Positions 22,001-29,235 of a DNA stretch of 64,000 bases are shown one piece after another (within the stretch, counting starts at the first letter, position 1; every line of letters begins with the position of its first letter). Position numbers and translations under genes: made by a program. The notes beneath the pieces are model-generated. The model did no database searches. It saw only the letters and a list, made by a program, of their open reading frames with translations, and was not told the DNA's origin. The DNA comes from Candidatus Obscuribacterales bacterium (lineage in GTDB: Bacteria; Cyanobacteriota; Vampirovibrionia; Obscuribacterales; Obscuribacteraceae). The DNA lies in contig CBDDIJ010000003.1 of NCBI GenBank assembly GCA_965228855.1, positions 960,001-1,024,000 of the forward strand, in the 5' to 3' direction.

Positions 22001-23320
22001 GACTGAGACAGAACCTGTGAAATTCACGTTTCCGATGTTATAGAAGGTCGGATCGATCAGATTGGTGTCACCGATGTTTAGAGTCTCACTGGCAGAGCTG
22101 AAGTGAACTGCGTAACCCGTGCTGTTAACGTCGCCTGTGACATTGTCCACGTTGGCGGTCACCGTGCCGCCGCCAGCGTTTAGGTTCAAATCTGAACTGA
22201 GCCAGTTGCCGCCGTTCAAATTAGATGCATTGGTTCCGGCATAATCGGCGGCTCTCACGTTGATCGCTTCTGCTGCCGAAATCGTGCCTCCGGTGTTATT
22301 GACGTTCAAGTCACTGTTGGAGGCGGCGTCGAGAGTTACGTTTTTGGCAGAGCTTATCGAACCTGAGTTAGATATGTTGGAAGAACTCAAAGTTAGATTG
22401 CCGTTCGACGTAATATTGCCGAGGTTTGTGAGTTGACCGTCTGCTCTGAGCGTGAGGTCGACATCGGATGAAATCAAGGCATTTGCATTGTTGTTGATAT
22501 CGACCGCGCGGATAGTGCCGCCTCGTCCGTTGTTTGAGCCGTCGAGGGCGTGAACGGTGCCGAAGTTATTGAGGTCGCCTTGAAGTTTGAATTCAGATCC
22601 CTTGGAGAAGTCACCGAGTGTGGTGACGTTGACCGGCACGGTGAGGTCCGATGCTCTCATTACGTCGCCGCGCGAGGTAATTGCAGATAGATCGACTTCA
22701 CCGCCTGTGGCTATACCACTATTATTGATAGCGACTTTCTGAGAGCTGCCGGCCAGAACTTGTTTTGCAGCTATATATTCGGCGGCCGTGACCTGGGAAC
22801 CGGCAGATAGTGTTTTGGTCTCACCGCCGACCTGGATTTCGATTGATGACACTCCGCTGAAGAGTTTTTGTCCAAGTGTGATGTTGCGGGTTTGTGAGGT
22901 CAGGTCGAGATTGACGCCGCCGTTCAGAGTTACAAACTTCCCACTGTCATTCGATTGAACTGATTGCTTAATCACGCCGTTATTGCGTTCCAAGCGGTTA
23001 GCCCACTTTCCGCGCACGTGCGTTTCAGGAGTTACGTTGCTGATGCCTGCAGTCGTCGGAACCGGCGCGATTGTAGGTACGCCTATGGCGTTCGCAGAGC
23101 CGCCACCGCCAGCGCCACCACGACCGAATTCTGCTCGGTACATCTGACGCAAGGTATGTCTATCGAAACCAGGGTTTGAATCTCGGAACGATCTGAAATT
23201 TTGGCGATCTTCGGCAGCGTTAGCGGCTGCGTGCGAGGATACAAAAAGAACCGAGCCAGTGATGACAGCGGTCCAATTCTTTATATAGGATTCACGGTTT
23301 CGAACTATCTTTTTCGTCAT
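16094..23320 (-). CDS. Giant exported G/N/T/S/A-rich beta-helical protein (filamentous hemagglutinin/adhesin-like), 2408 aa
   Basis: Signal peptide ending AAANA; about 2000 aa of FHA-like repeats (GNLTLxA, GDVxL, NGGxV); nearly Cys-free; distinct globular C-terminal ~200 aa. Upstream AGGA RBS. Confidence 0.85.
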   Translation of the reverse strand: MTKKIVRNRESYIKNWTAVITGSVLFVSSHAAANAAEDRQNFRSFRDSNPGFDRHTLRQMYRAEFGRGGAGGGGSANAIGVPTIAPVPTTAGISNVTPETHVRGKWANRLERNNGVIKQSVQSNDSGKFVTLNGGVNLDLTSQTRNITLGQKLFSGVSSIEIQVGGETKTLSAGSQVTAAEYIAAKQVLAGSSQKVAINNSGIATGGEVDLSAITSRGDVMRASDLTVPVNVTTLGDFSKGSEFKLQGDLNNFGTVHALDGSNNGRGGTIRAVDINNNANALISSDVDLTLRADGQLTNLGNITSNGNLTLSSSNISNSGSISSAKNVTLDAASNSDLNVNNTGGTISAAEAINVRAADYAGTNASNLNGGNWLSSDLNLNAGGGTVTANVDNVTGDVNSTGYAVHFSSASETLNIGDTNLIDPTFYNIGNVNFTGSVSVAADLTVIATGDITESVSGSFTIDTNGGGTAVNGGNLTLIAGANIISSSGAASPSLPTGNPGSQVTFNEGSINGGSIILGNVNLNTSGGSGLGGNGGDVLLVAFQGVGSGSGTVDLANAFVGSNITTSGDGVGSNGNVTALGAGGVDLTTFFQGTVTANGGTGGGGAVTIATVQPVTNGPVTYNADGSRASGTIVGSGILSNAAVDLWNVNARTLLVQAGGNVSVNNVTADGDVSLSAGIAPGGQIVNSGASASILGNITAGNVAIAAANDVSQSNNRTISSADSVVIDAGSTNGAAPSGADFTQQGSINAVNSVTIRVGDDYTQGNGSGDTITAGTNVQIATGIISNSGDYTQNAAINAGGGATDGSVDIVVKGDYSANSSNADINAGQGGAAYTGGVSITANDLHTASGADITGRNVTLTADTSDGGTLDLDGAVIANAAGGGTASITLLGSNQEDITDSNVAGGIQANQINLDNQTTGGSISILNTGTNIDFVNVTANADQNITLVESEAGGRDGNINFTGISDAANGDFTVLADHNITTDASGLVAGVNGTFTSNGAAGGDGNIGVDENNRFNIDFDGTVAFNALGAPSTTTGNVYVGSLVDLTVADSQVTGTFDASVVGNLNTASGSTLSAANTVLTSQFGDIGADGGGEFVIAGGNLTANAGTGSAYIFAIDDVTVTGDSTAQNTFSLGSFNDVTVNANITANDTSLDAVLGDLTLNSGVTVNGTNSVDLNAGNNLTADPTSKVTGGALNVSFQGATTATLQTAVTSLTSNFNTGGSLTINEDDGIALGSQAGGNLTVNAGQVSAGDVSTTSDFTVDVLNVSNMNGDILLSNAITANTSASFDTSAGTGNIEQAAAGASINTPQLALNSSTGDIGSFFNPIIVNGIAGGSTDVTAQSSAGGEVALGYAGTGTITLGSSSGNGDFTVLTDNGGDIAIDGNISGGGSVILNTDTLTFNGAYNVDFADAVVTSDTGLTVNGANGTFTSDVGGAGVQFIAQDGSITTNGQTNFNGGDVFLTLENNDGINAVTNNGTLNGDNSMNTLTVTARVFTPGTITNFAEVNVINGNTIINTTGDVTLPANLIFQGESLAIIAAGNITTTGAVLIDLSSGTVSGGDLVVLAGVDATPASMGQEQSDQPFTITGFNATGGNVNLSGVNIVTSSTAANGGDVGIYANGGTVNAGTVVVGNIDTTGAINGGNVAIGGEGGVTVGNITTIGTTGTDGDALVGVGTVQIAGPLVITDGVVTSGTVVPQDITAGNLTAGTINVGTGALALLGGFDSTNTISTGAITADSLEVDVVDGTATFANTSLNSFTAFSTGAGNTAAVTLQNEAGDLTVNQIAAAGLDVDVTAGGAITVGDTVDAGTGDVRLTSNQAGGSGIVVNNTVDANNVTLTANGSEIELNEDVTAAADVTLNAASIDQTAGTLGGANLALTVPGSVNLTDTAFTTLASSTVGSLALTNTGALTVNDLTATGNINIVNNGNTIIAGALDSVTGTAVDSSGSLTVNAAVSSDNGVNLLADGDIAVNANVTAVDGELNIISTAGDLATADNITIQGDDFILIQTIANGNITIGAANNIFTDAKVVGEGNVSILQGDAPTRTKNLKGRNIVAVTIDGEVLTGRGRGTKKVIFEAPDTTLTGQGADVLIKAAVKNGVIIGGGSTITADPPVAAGAPMTITAWSAKDASTDGGSPASVLPASLASLTAPAAVSSVNLVSTANATATTGKDAITGTLSNLATANNLTVSNVQEDDSTIVGYAPVGQIVDGKVCSDIEFGFASGTAGKAISTIKHSDLVTLDNGSALFVPSKDMTVVTPKGKVKLGANAVAFISADEHHLSVYDINDQHKGSVVIAAGGRDLSLSPGRHMTVTSDRAATFADANPIESIMHRSVTSHDLGAGQRAFSTEFSIPSAVQIVKPLSAMMHSENAAAKKVAQSVIKTSAVMMHIGSTTPFEFHTKPRTVALNW

Positions 23321-23769
23321 ATCTTGTCCTTTGCCTAGGGCACGCGAAACTGATCCGGTCGCAAAAAATTGCGCACAGAAGGAGTGGGCGCCTAGTCGCG
23401 TCGACTATCGCCTGGGTTACTGAGCGGTTGTCAGAGAAAGCAAAAGGCTTTCACCGACTTGAATCTGCTGAGGAGAATAACAAAATGTTCTTGCCATTCT
23501 CTTGCTTCTTGCCTTCTTGATGCTAATTGCACACAGTCGTTTGCTGTGGAGATAGATTGTGGAGGTTCTTCCGATAGCTGGAGCCGAACTTTACTTTGAT
23601 TTACAGAGAGAGCTTGCAAGTTCCCTGACTTCAAGGGTTTGCAAGGTTGCCCAAAAGAATTTATCTTCTAAGCGTTAGAATCGGATTTGTTTAAAGTGCG
23701 CTTTTCCCGTTTCGGTGTCTAGGGAAAATCCTGGCTACTTTCTATGGCAGCGGAAATATGATCTAAGGC

Positions 23770-24114
23770 GTGACTGGTGCTGTGCGGGGACAAATTATGT
23801 ATTCTCCGCCCCTACCTACGATATCAGGCAAGAACGCAGGATTTATTTCGAGGTCCGAACCAGTGGCTTTGCAAACCGTTATCGGTTTAAAGGTCGGCGA
23901 TGTAATCAGACCGGAGCACCTTGGCAGAAGTGCGGTGGTTTGTCTGGCGGACAATCCTATCCTCGGACCCTTCAGCGAGTCGAACGATGTGGTTGGGCGA
24001 GTTGCCGGCGAAGACATTCCGGCAGGAACGGTGATCACAGGTGCGGTGCTGGTGGCGTTGAGTCGCAGTCAATTAGAGCATCGCCTTCGAAATTTTTGGC
24101 GGCGTTGCAAGTGA
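23770..24114 (+). CDS. Small SAF-domain-like protein (possibly degenerate)
   Basis: GDVIRPEHL...DVVGRVAGEDIPAGTVIT resembles SAF/CpaB/FlgA beta-clip repeats. Start codon uncertain. Confidence 0.45.
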   Translation: MTGAVRGQIMYSPPLPTISGKNAGFISRSEPVALQTVIGLKVGDVIRPEHLGRSAVVCLADNPILGPFSESNDVVGRVAGEDIPAGTVITGAVLVALSRSQLEHRLRNFWRRCK

Positions 24115-24121
24115 TCGTTTC

Positions 24122-24141
24122 CTAAACCGATATCGGTTTAG
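24122..24141. repeat. Palindromic REP-like element, copy 1
   Basis: Perfect 20-bp palindrome CTAAACCGATATCGGTTTAG between convergent genes. Confidence 0.9.
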
Positions 24142-24168
24142 AACATAATCGAAGATTGCGTTGGCGAA

Positions 24169-25110
24169 CTAAGGCTTTCCTGTATCGACGATTTTGCCCC
24201 AGTCGTCCCAGTTGTTTATCAAGTTTTTCACAGAGTTCTGGCGGCGGCGGTCGTTAGCTATTTCGATATCTGTTTTTACGATCTTCAAGTTAGGTGGTAC
24301 GTTGAATATTGCAGGCTCGAGTGGAATCTGTCTTATCATGCCGGTATCCAGTTCCAGATGCGTCTCATTCTCAGTATTCAAAGTCAGTAGCTTAAGTGGA
24401 AACTCTCGACCAACGGGCAGTTTATAGATTTTGTTGACCACGATCGGAAGTGTTGGCGGTACGTCCGGCAAGTTCCATGTCCAATAGTCGGCTGACATGA
24501 TATCGCCTGAGTTGAAAAAGACAGAGTTGAAATTCTTGGTTGGGGATTTTTTTGCGTTCTGAACTGGGCTCGGATTTTCAACATGCAACTTGAACGCGTT
24601 TTCCGACAGATATCGTGTCGGTTTCTTCGGCGCGACGAGGAGAGGCAAATTTTCTAGGTAGCCTCCTAAGGCTGCTGTGCCAGACGCGAGGTCACCTTTA
24701 AAGGACCGTACTTCGGATTCGTAAAGTGTTTTGGATAGCGGATTGTATGCTGACACCTTCCAATCAGGCGCCTTACTGACGACCACGTAGCGATTGCCTA
24801 AACTCTCGATTCTGAATGCATCCCTTGAAAATATGATGCGGAACTTGCCAGCAAATAAGCTCGTTTGCAGGATTTCCCAACAGCGTCTTTCAGAAATCTT
24901 CTTAGATGTTGTGGTCGGGTTAGACTTCTGGTTCGCACTGGACATTGATCCGGGTCCACCAGTCTTCCCGGATTTTGCCAGTACAAATGATGGTGTCAGC
25001 AGCATGCATCCTGCGAGTACTGCGAAAATACGCCAAATGGTCGAAAAACTTCCAACGCCAACTTTGCTTAGACGCGAAGATGCTAAGTGCGAATATCTGG
25101 ATGTTCTCAA
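24169..25110 (-). CDS. Exported hypothetical protein
   Basis: 313-aa ORF with a signal-like segment (IWRIFAVLAGCMLLTPSFVLA) and a beta-rich body; starts 1 nt after the stop of the upstream small gene. Confidence 0.65.
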   Translation of the reverse strand: MRTSRYSHLASSRLSKVGVGSFSTIWRIFAVLAGCMLLTPSFVLAKSGKTGGPGSMSSANQKSNPTTTSKKISERRCWEILQTSLFAGKFRIIFSRDAFRIESLGNRYVVVSKAPDWKVSAYNPLSKTLYESEVRSFKGDLASGTAALGGYLENLPLLVAPKKPTRYLSENAFKLHVENPSPVQNAKKSPTKNFNSVFFNSGDIMSADYWTWNLPDVPPTLPIVVNKIYKLPVGREFPLKLLTLNTENETHLELDTGMIRQIPLEPAIFNVPPNLKIVKTDIEIANDRRRQNSVKNLINNWDDWGKIVDTGKP

Positions 25111-25111
25111 A

Positions 25112-25417
25112 CTATCTTCGCGACAATAACTTCGAGAGGATAATCAGACCAGCAATCAATCCGGCTCCTGTTCCGAATCGTTGCGCTTCCCATTCGGGAG
25201 TGCTGATCTCTGCTTTTGGTGGTGTCTTCACTAGTTCTACTTTCGGAACGATTTTAGTTCCTGAAAGCGTGTTGACGACTTCCCTGACTCCGTCGATGGG
25301 CGCCTGGATTAAGGCATGGCCAAAGGATTGAACGAATGCACCTGCGCATCCGGAGTTCAGCCCCGTGTTGTCGATATGTTCAGCCTCAAAGACTTGCACG
25401 TCGTCGTTTGCTGTCAT
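25112..25417 (-). CDS. Small hypothetical protein with C-terminal hydrophobic helix
   Basis: 101 aa ending FGTGAGLIAGLIILSKLLSRR; GAGGTGGA RBS upstream. Confidence 0.6.
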   Translation of the reverse strand: MTANDDVQVFEAEHIDNTGLNSGCAGAFVQSFGHALIQAPIDGVREVVNTLSGTKIVPKVELVKTPPKAEISTPEWEAQRFGTGAGLIAGLIILSKLLSRR

Positions 25418-25555
25418 TTCAAATCCACCTCGATATAGGTAGTGATATAAGGAGTGATACTCAATTATATAGGTTTTGTGTTGCTCGCGTCGTTAATCAC
25501 CTCATGATAACGTGTATAGTAGAAATATGCCTGTATCCAACTCCGTAGAGCGAGT

Positions 25556-28129
25556 ATGGTTGACGCTTTTGAGAAATGCTTTTCTTGTTTGAAGCCCAAG
25601 ACCCGCGCGACGGGCGGGTTCGTCACGCAGATGATCGACATCTGTCGATGCGGCGAGGTCTCAGACCTGACGTCGGCGACAGTCGAGACTCTGCCGACCT
25701 GTAGACAGTGCCGCAAGTCAATCAATCAGCGACGAGCTGGAAGCATGACTCAGTGGATTTTTAGGGCGGACTTTTGCCAGTGCGACGATCCAGAACCTGA
25801 GTTGAGTGCTCATCAAAAACCTCGAAGACATTCTTTCGATTTAGTAGATGATGACGGAGAGGAGTTAGATCTGAGCCGTCAAAGTTTTCCATCGGAGCGC
25901 TACCAGCCAAAGGTGAAGCTTGGAGTGGGGGCCTCCGGAACTGTTTATATGTCACGTGATCGTTTGCTTGGAAAGCGGGTCGCAGTCAAAGTATTGCACG
26001 AACTGACTGCCGGACAATTGATCGCATTTCAAGACGAGGCACGCACGACCAGCCGTCTTCATCATCCAAACATTATTCAGGTGCTCGATTTCGGACCGAC
26101 TGAGTCGGGAGTACCATATATGGTGCTGGAGTATATTGACAAAGGTGTTTCGCTCGAGCAATATATGCGCGCCAACGGTCCACTGCCATTGGATCGAGCT
26201 GTGCCTATCTTCGGAAAAGTTTGTTCGGCGCTGACTCACGCTCATGAATCGGGTGTGTTTCACCGAGATCTCAAACCGTCCAACATTCTATTAGCGGACA
26301 TCTCCGACGGCGAACCCGATGTAAAATTGATCGACTTTGGCGTCGCGAAAGTAAAGTACGAAACGCAGGAGCCGACAATTGTTCAAGGGAAGACGATTGC
26401 GGGCACTCCGGCATACATGCCACCGGAAATGGTGCAGGGCGAGCCTTTTGACGCGCAATCGGAAACCTACACGCTAGGCTGTGTCATATTTGAGACGCTC
26501 ACGGGCCGACCGCCGTTTATAGGAGCCAGCGCGATGGAAACGTTAGCTATGCATTCGCAGAGTCCGGCGCCAAGGATGTCGACTGTCGCGGAAGATCACT
26601 TCCCTGAATCGATAGAGTTGATCGTCGCACGTTGCTTAAGCAAAGCTCCCAAAGACCGATATCAAGATCTCGAGGAACTTCGAGAGGACCTCGAAAATAT
26701 TCTTTCGCCAAATCCGCTTCAGTTCGTCAGTACTGATGAATACAATGCCTTAGCTCTAGAGCCTGAGTATACGGACAGTGATCGGTCTGACCTTCAAGGG
26801 CACATAGAAATGTCGTTGGCGTCAGTTGCCAGACCACGCCCGATCAATCCCAAAGGTGTTTTCGGCGCGGCATTGGTAGTGATTTTGAGTGGTGTATTCA
26901 TAAGTATGGAAATAGTCCATCGAGCGCCTCACAACAAGAGTTCAGCTGCATCGCGTCGCACGGACGATCCTGTACGCGAAGCGCCGCTGAAGGCTATGTC
27001 TTCAGATCTTGCTACTTCAGACCACGATGCGATCGTAGAGCAAATGAAGAGCAACCATGCATTTAAGGTCGACGTTGCCTCGCAGACATGGACGGCGGTT
27101 GAGCGGCTGAGTGACAATGATTTGAGGCATCTGGCAGATCGCAGTCGTGACGTGGTTCGCTGTCTACGTCTGAATGGAGGGAGTATTGAGGGGCAGATCG
27201 ATTTGACTGATACCGCATATGGTTATGTCGCGAAACTGCCGCTGAGACTGTTTGATGCCGAGCACTCATCTATAAAGGATAGCGGTCTCCGGAAAATCGG
27301 AACCATGCATACTCTAAGAACGCTCGATCTTACCGATACCTCGATAACAGACAAGGGGCTGCGATATCTCATTGGCTCCAATATTCAGGATCTAAATGTT
27401 TCCAGCTGCTTGTTTCTTACGGAAAAGTGCGGGCGCAGCCTGAGTAAGATAGATAGTTTGCGCGTCTTAAACCTGTCTACTACGGATGTGTCCGACGAAT
27501 CAATCAAGCTGCTTGCTCGCTTGCCGCATCTTGAAGAGTTGAGACTTTCGAACACGAGCGTATCTGACTCGAGCTTGCGAAATCTTTCTCAGAATCGGAC
27601 CATCAAGCGGCTACAGCTTGGCGGTACGAAGATTACAATTGATGGAATTCGAGCGATCCGAAATTTGCCGATTGAACAAATCAAGGTTCAATTCTGTAAG
27701 GCGTTTGATGACGACTGCATGATCCTCGCTGCGAAGCAGTGGCCAAATCTCACATCCTTGGATGTTGATGGAACACCAATAACACGAAGAGGTTTAGCAT
27801 CAATAGGACAACTGCAAACCTTAGAACTTTTGACTGTCGCAAAATTGAATGCGTCGGATGAGGCTATGCGTCCATTGCTGAATCTGGAAAACCTCGCGAG
27901 TTTGAATTTGTCCGAGAATCCAGTATCCGACAATCTCATGAGCGGCTTTGCCAGGATGCCGAAATTGATTCGCGTTTGTTTGACTGGATGTGCGGGAGTC
28001 ACTAAAGCCGGGGTGGAAGGTTTGAAGGCGGCCGGTAAGGATGTGGTGCTTTCCAAAACCATCGGTGGCACAAACGTCAATCTGAACAAGGAGGCACTAG
28101 AGGCTCTTATCGTTCCAGGCGAACAATGA
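25556..28129 (+). CDS. Ser/Thr protein kinase with N-terminal duplicated Cys-rich module, TM helix and long LRR array
   Basis: Two CxxC...TQ(M/W)I...CxC units; GVGASG, VAVK, HRDLKPSN, DFG, GTPAYMPPE; TM GVFGAALVVILSGVFISM; about 10 LRRs (LRTLDLTDTSITDKGLRYL, LEELRLSNTSVSDSSLRNL). Confidence 0.93.
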   Translation: MVDAFEKCFSCLKPKTRATGGFVTQMIDICRCGEVSDLTSATVETLPTCRQCRKSINQRRAGSMTQWIFRADFCQCDDPEPELSAHQKPRRHSFDLVDDDGEELDLSRQSFPSERYQPKVKLGVGASGTVYMSRDRLLGKRVAVKVLHELTAGQLIAFQDEARTTSRLHHPNIIQVLDFGPTESGVPYMVLEYIDKGVSLEQYMRANGPLPLDRAVPIFGKVCSALTHAHESGVFHRDLKPSNILLADISDGEPDVKLIDFGVAKVKYETQEPTIVQGKTIAGTPAYMPPEMVQGEPFDAQSETYTLGCVIFETLTGRPPFIGASAMETLAMHSQSPAPRMSTVAEDHFPESIELIVARCLSKAPKDRYQDLEELREDLENILSPNPLQFVSTDEYNALALEPEYTDSDRSDLQGHIEMSLASVARPRPINPKGVFGAALVVILSGVFISMEIVHRAPHNKSSAASRRTDDPVREAPLKAMSSDLATSDHDAIVEQMKSNHAFKVDVASQTWTAVERLSDNDLRHLADRSRDVVRCLRLNGGSIEGQIDLTDTAYGYVAKLPLRLFDAEHSSIKDSGLRKIGTMHTLRTLDLTDTSITDKGLRYLIGSNIQDLNVSSCLFLTEKCGRSLSKIDSLRVLNLSTTDVSDESIKLLARLPHLEELRLSNTSVSDSSLRNLSQNRTIKRLQLGGTKITIDGIRAIRNLPIEQIKVQFCKAFDDDCMILAAKQWPNLTSLDVDGTPITRRGLASIGQLQTLELLTVAKLNASDEAMRPLLNLENLASLNLSENPVSDNLMSGFARMPKLIRVCLTGCAGVTKAGVEGLKAAGKDVVLSKTIGGTNVNLNKEALEALIVPGEQ

Positions 28130-28134
28130 AGTTG

Positions 28135-28162
28135 ATTCGTAAATCGATATCGGTTTACGAAT
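28135..28162. repeat. Palindromic REP-like element, copy 2
   Basis: ATTCGTAAATCGATATCGGTTTACGAAT, a 28-bp palindrome with one mismatch, 5 nt after the kinase stop. Confidence 0.85.
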
Positions 28163-28202
28163 GTGAGAGAAACCAAAAAAATTGTAGCGCTGAGTAAATT
28201 AG

Positions 28203-28230
28203 AATTCTTAACCGATATCGGTTGAGAATT
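28203..28230. repeat. Palindromic REP-like element, copy 3
   Basis: AATTCTTAACCGATATCGGTTGAGAATT, 28 bp with one mismatch, 4 nt after the ROK gene stop. Confidence 0.85.
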
Positions 28231-28234
28231 TGAG

Positions 28235-29233
28235 CTACTTATTCAAGTGGAGTAATTCATCGATGACGAACTGAGCCGCGCCGATGATGCCGGCTTGACC
28301 GCCGAGTGCGGACTGGCGGATCTCGATCGAGTCGCCGACAGTGGGCAGGCAATGGTCGATCACCATGTCTTCCAGCAAGCGGAAGTCTATGAATTCACTC
28401 AATCCTCCTGTTAGAACAAAGCAGTCCGGATTGAGAACGTGTGCCAAGTTAACTAGCCCGTGGCTCACGTGTTCGTGCCAGCGCTCAACAATTTTTTGAG
28501 CCATGAGGTCTCCGTCGGCGGATGCTGCAAAAATTGAGTGCGTGGTCAATTCAGTTGTTCTTGAAGCCAGTGGCGTTTGCTCATCAGATACGCCCTCAAG
28601 CAGATCCTTTGCTGTTTGAATCAAGCCTCGGCCAGAGCCGTATGCTTCCCAGCAGTCGAATAGACCACAGGTACAAAGGCGTTTGTTTTCCATCGCAATT
28701 TTGATGTGACCGACTTCTCCGGCTGCCCAATTGGAGCCGCGAAAGAGTCGTCCGTGAAGAACGATGCCGCCTCCTATTCCTGTACCGAGGGTTACAGTAA
28801 CTACGCAACGTTTGCTTCTCAAGCCCGTGACACGAGCTTCTGCGTATCCTGCTGCGTTTGCGTCGTTTTCAACATGAACCGGCAGCAATGTTCTCGATTC
28901 CATGACCGTTTTCAACTGCGTGCCTGACCAGCCTGGCAGGTTTCCAGTAGAACCTATGATTTCTCCGGTGTCACCATTTACGATACCAGCTGTCGCTATC
29001 CCTACCCCTGCTAGTACGTCGGTTCGAAACTTGTTTACTAACTCCACCAGACCATTGATGATGTTGTCGCGACCGTCGGGAGTGGGGATCTGCTGAAACT
29101 CCGTGATCATCTGATTGTCTCGTACTGCGGCCGCCCTGATCTTGGTTCCACCGAGATCAATTCCGAGGGCGGGCATATGCGACTTTGCTAAAGTATCGAT
29201 TTTGTTTGCTTCAACGCCCTTAGCCCTGCTCAT
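28235..29233 (-). CDS. ROK family sugar kinase (glucokinase-like)
   Basis: GIDLGGTK, VENDANAA, TLGTGIGGG, AGEVGH and the CTCG...CWE zinc motif. Confidence 0.92.
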   Translation of the reverse strand: MSRAKGVEANKIDTLAKSHMPALGIDLGGTKIRAAAVRDNQMITEFQQIPTPDGRDNIINGLVELVNKFRTDVLAGVGIATAGIVNGDTGEIIGSTGNLPGWSGTQLKTVMESRTLLPVHVENDANAAGYAEARVTGLRSKRCVVTVTLGTGIGGGIVLHGRLFRGSNWAAGEVGHIKIAMENKRLCTCGLFDCWEAYGSGRGLIQTAKDLLEGVSDEQTPLASRTTELTTHSIFAASADGDLMAQKIVERWHEHVSHGLVNLAHVLNPDCFVLTGGLSEFIDFRLLEDMVIDHCLPTVGDSIEIRQSALGGQAGIIGAAQFVIDELLHLNK

Positions 29234-29235
29234 TG

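Noticed and set aside
16457..23179. Many 60-185-aa ORFs overlapping the giant exoprotein gene
   Set aside because: Expected from the biased codon usage of the G/N/T/A-rich protein; no independent coding signal.
23600..23665. c-di-GMP-I riboswitch upstream of the exoprotein gene
   Set aside because: The minus strand has GCAAACC but lacks the GAAA tetraloop and the GGGACGCAAAGC segment; only a generic hairpin is supported.
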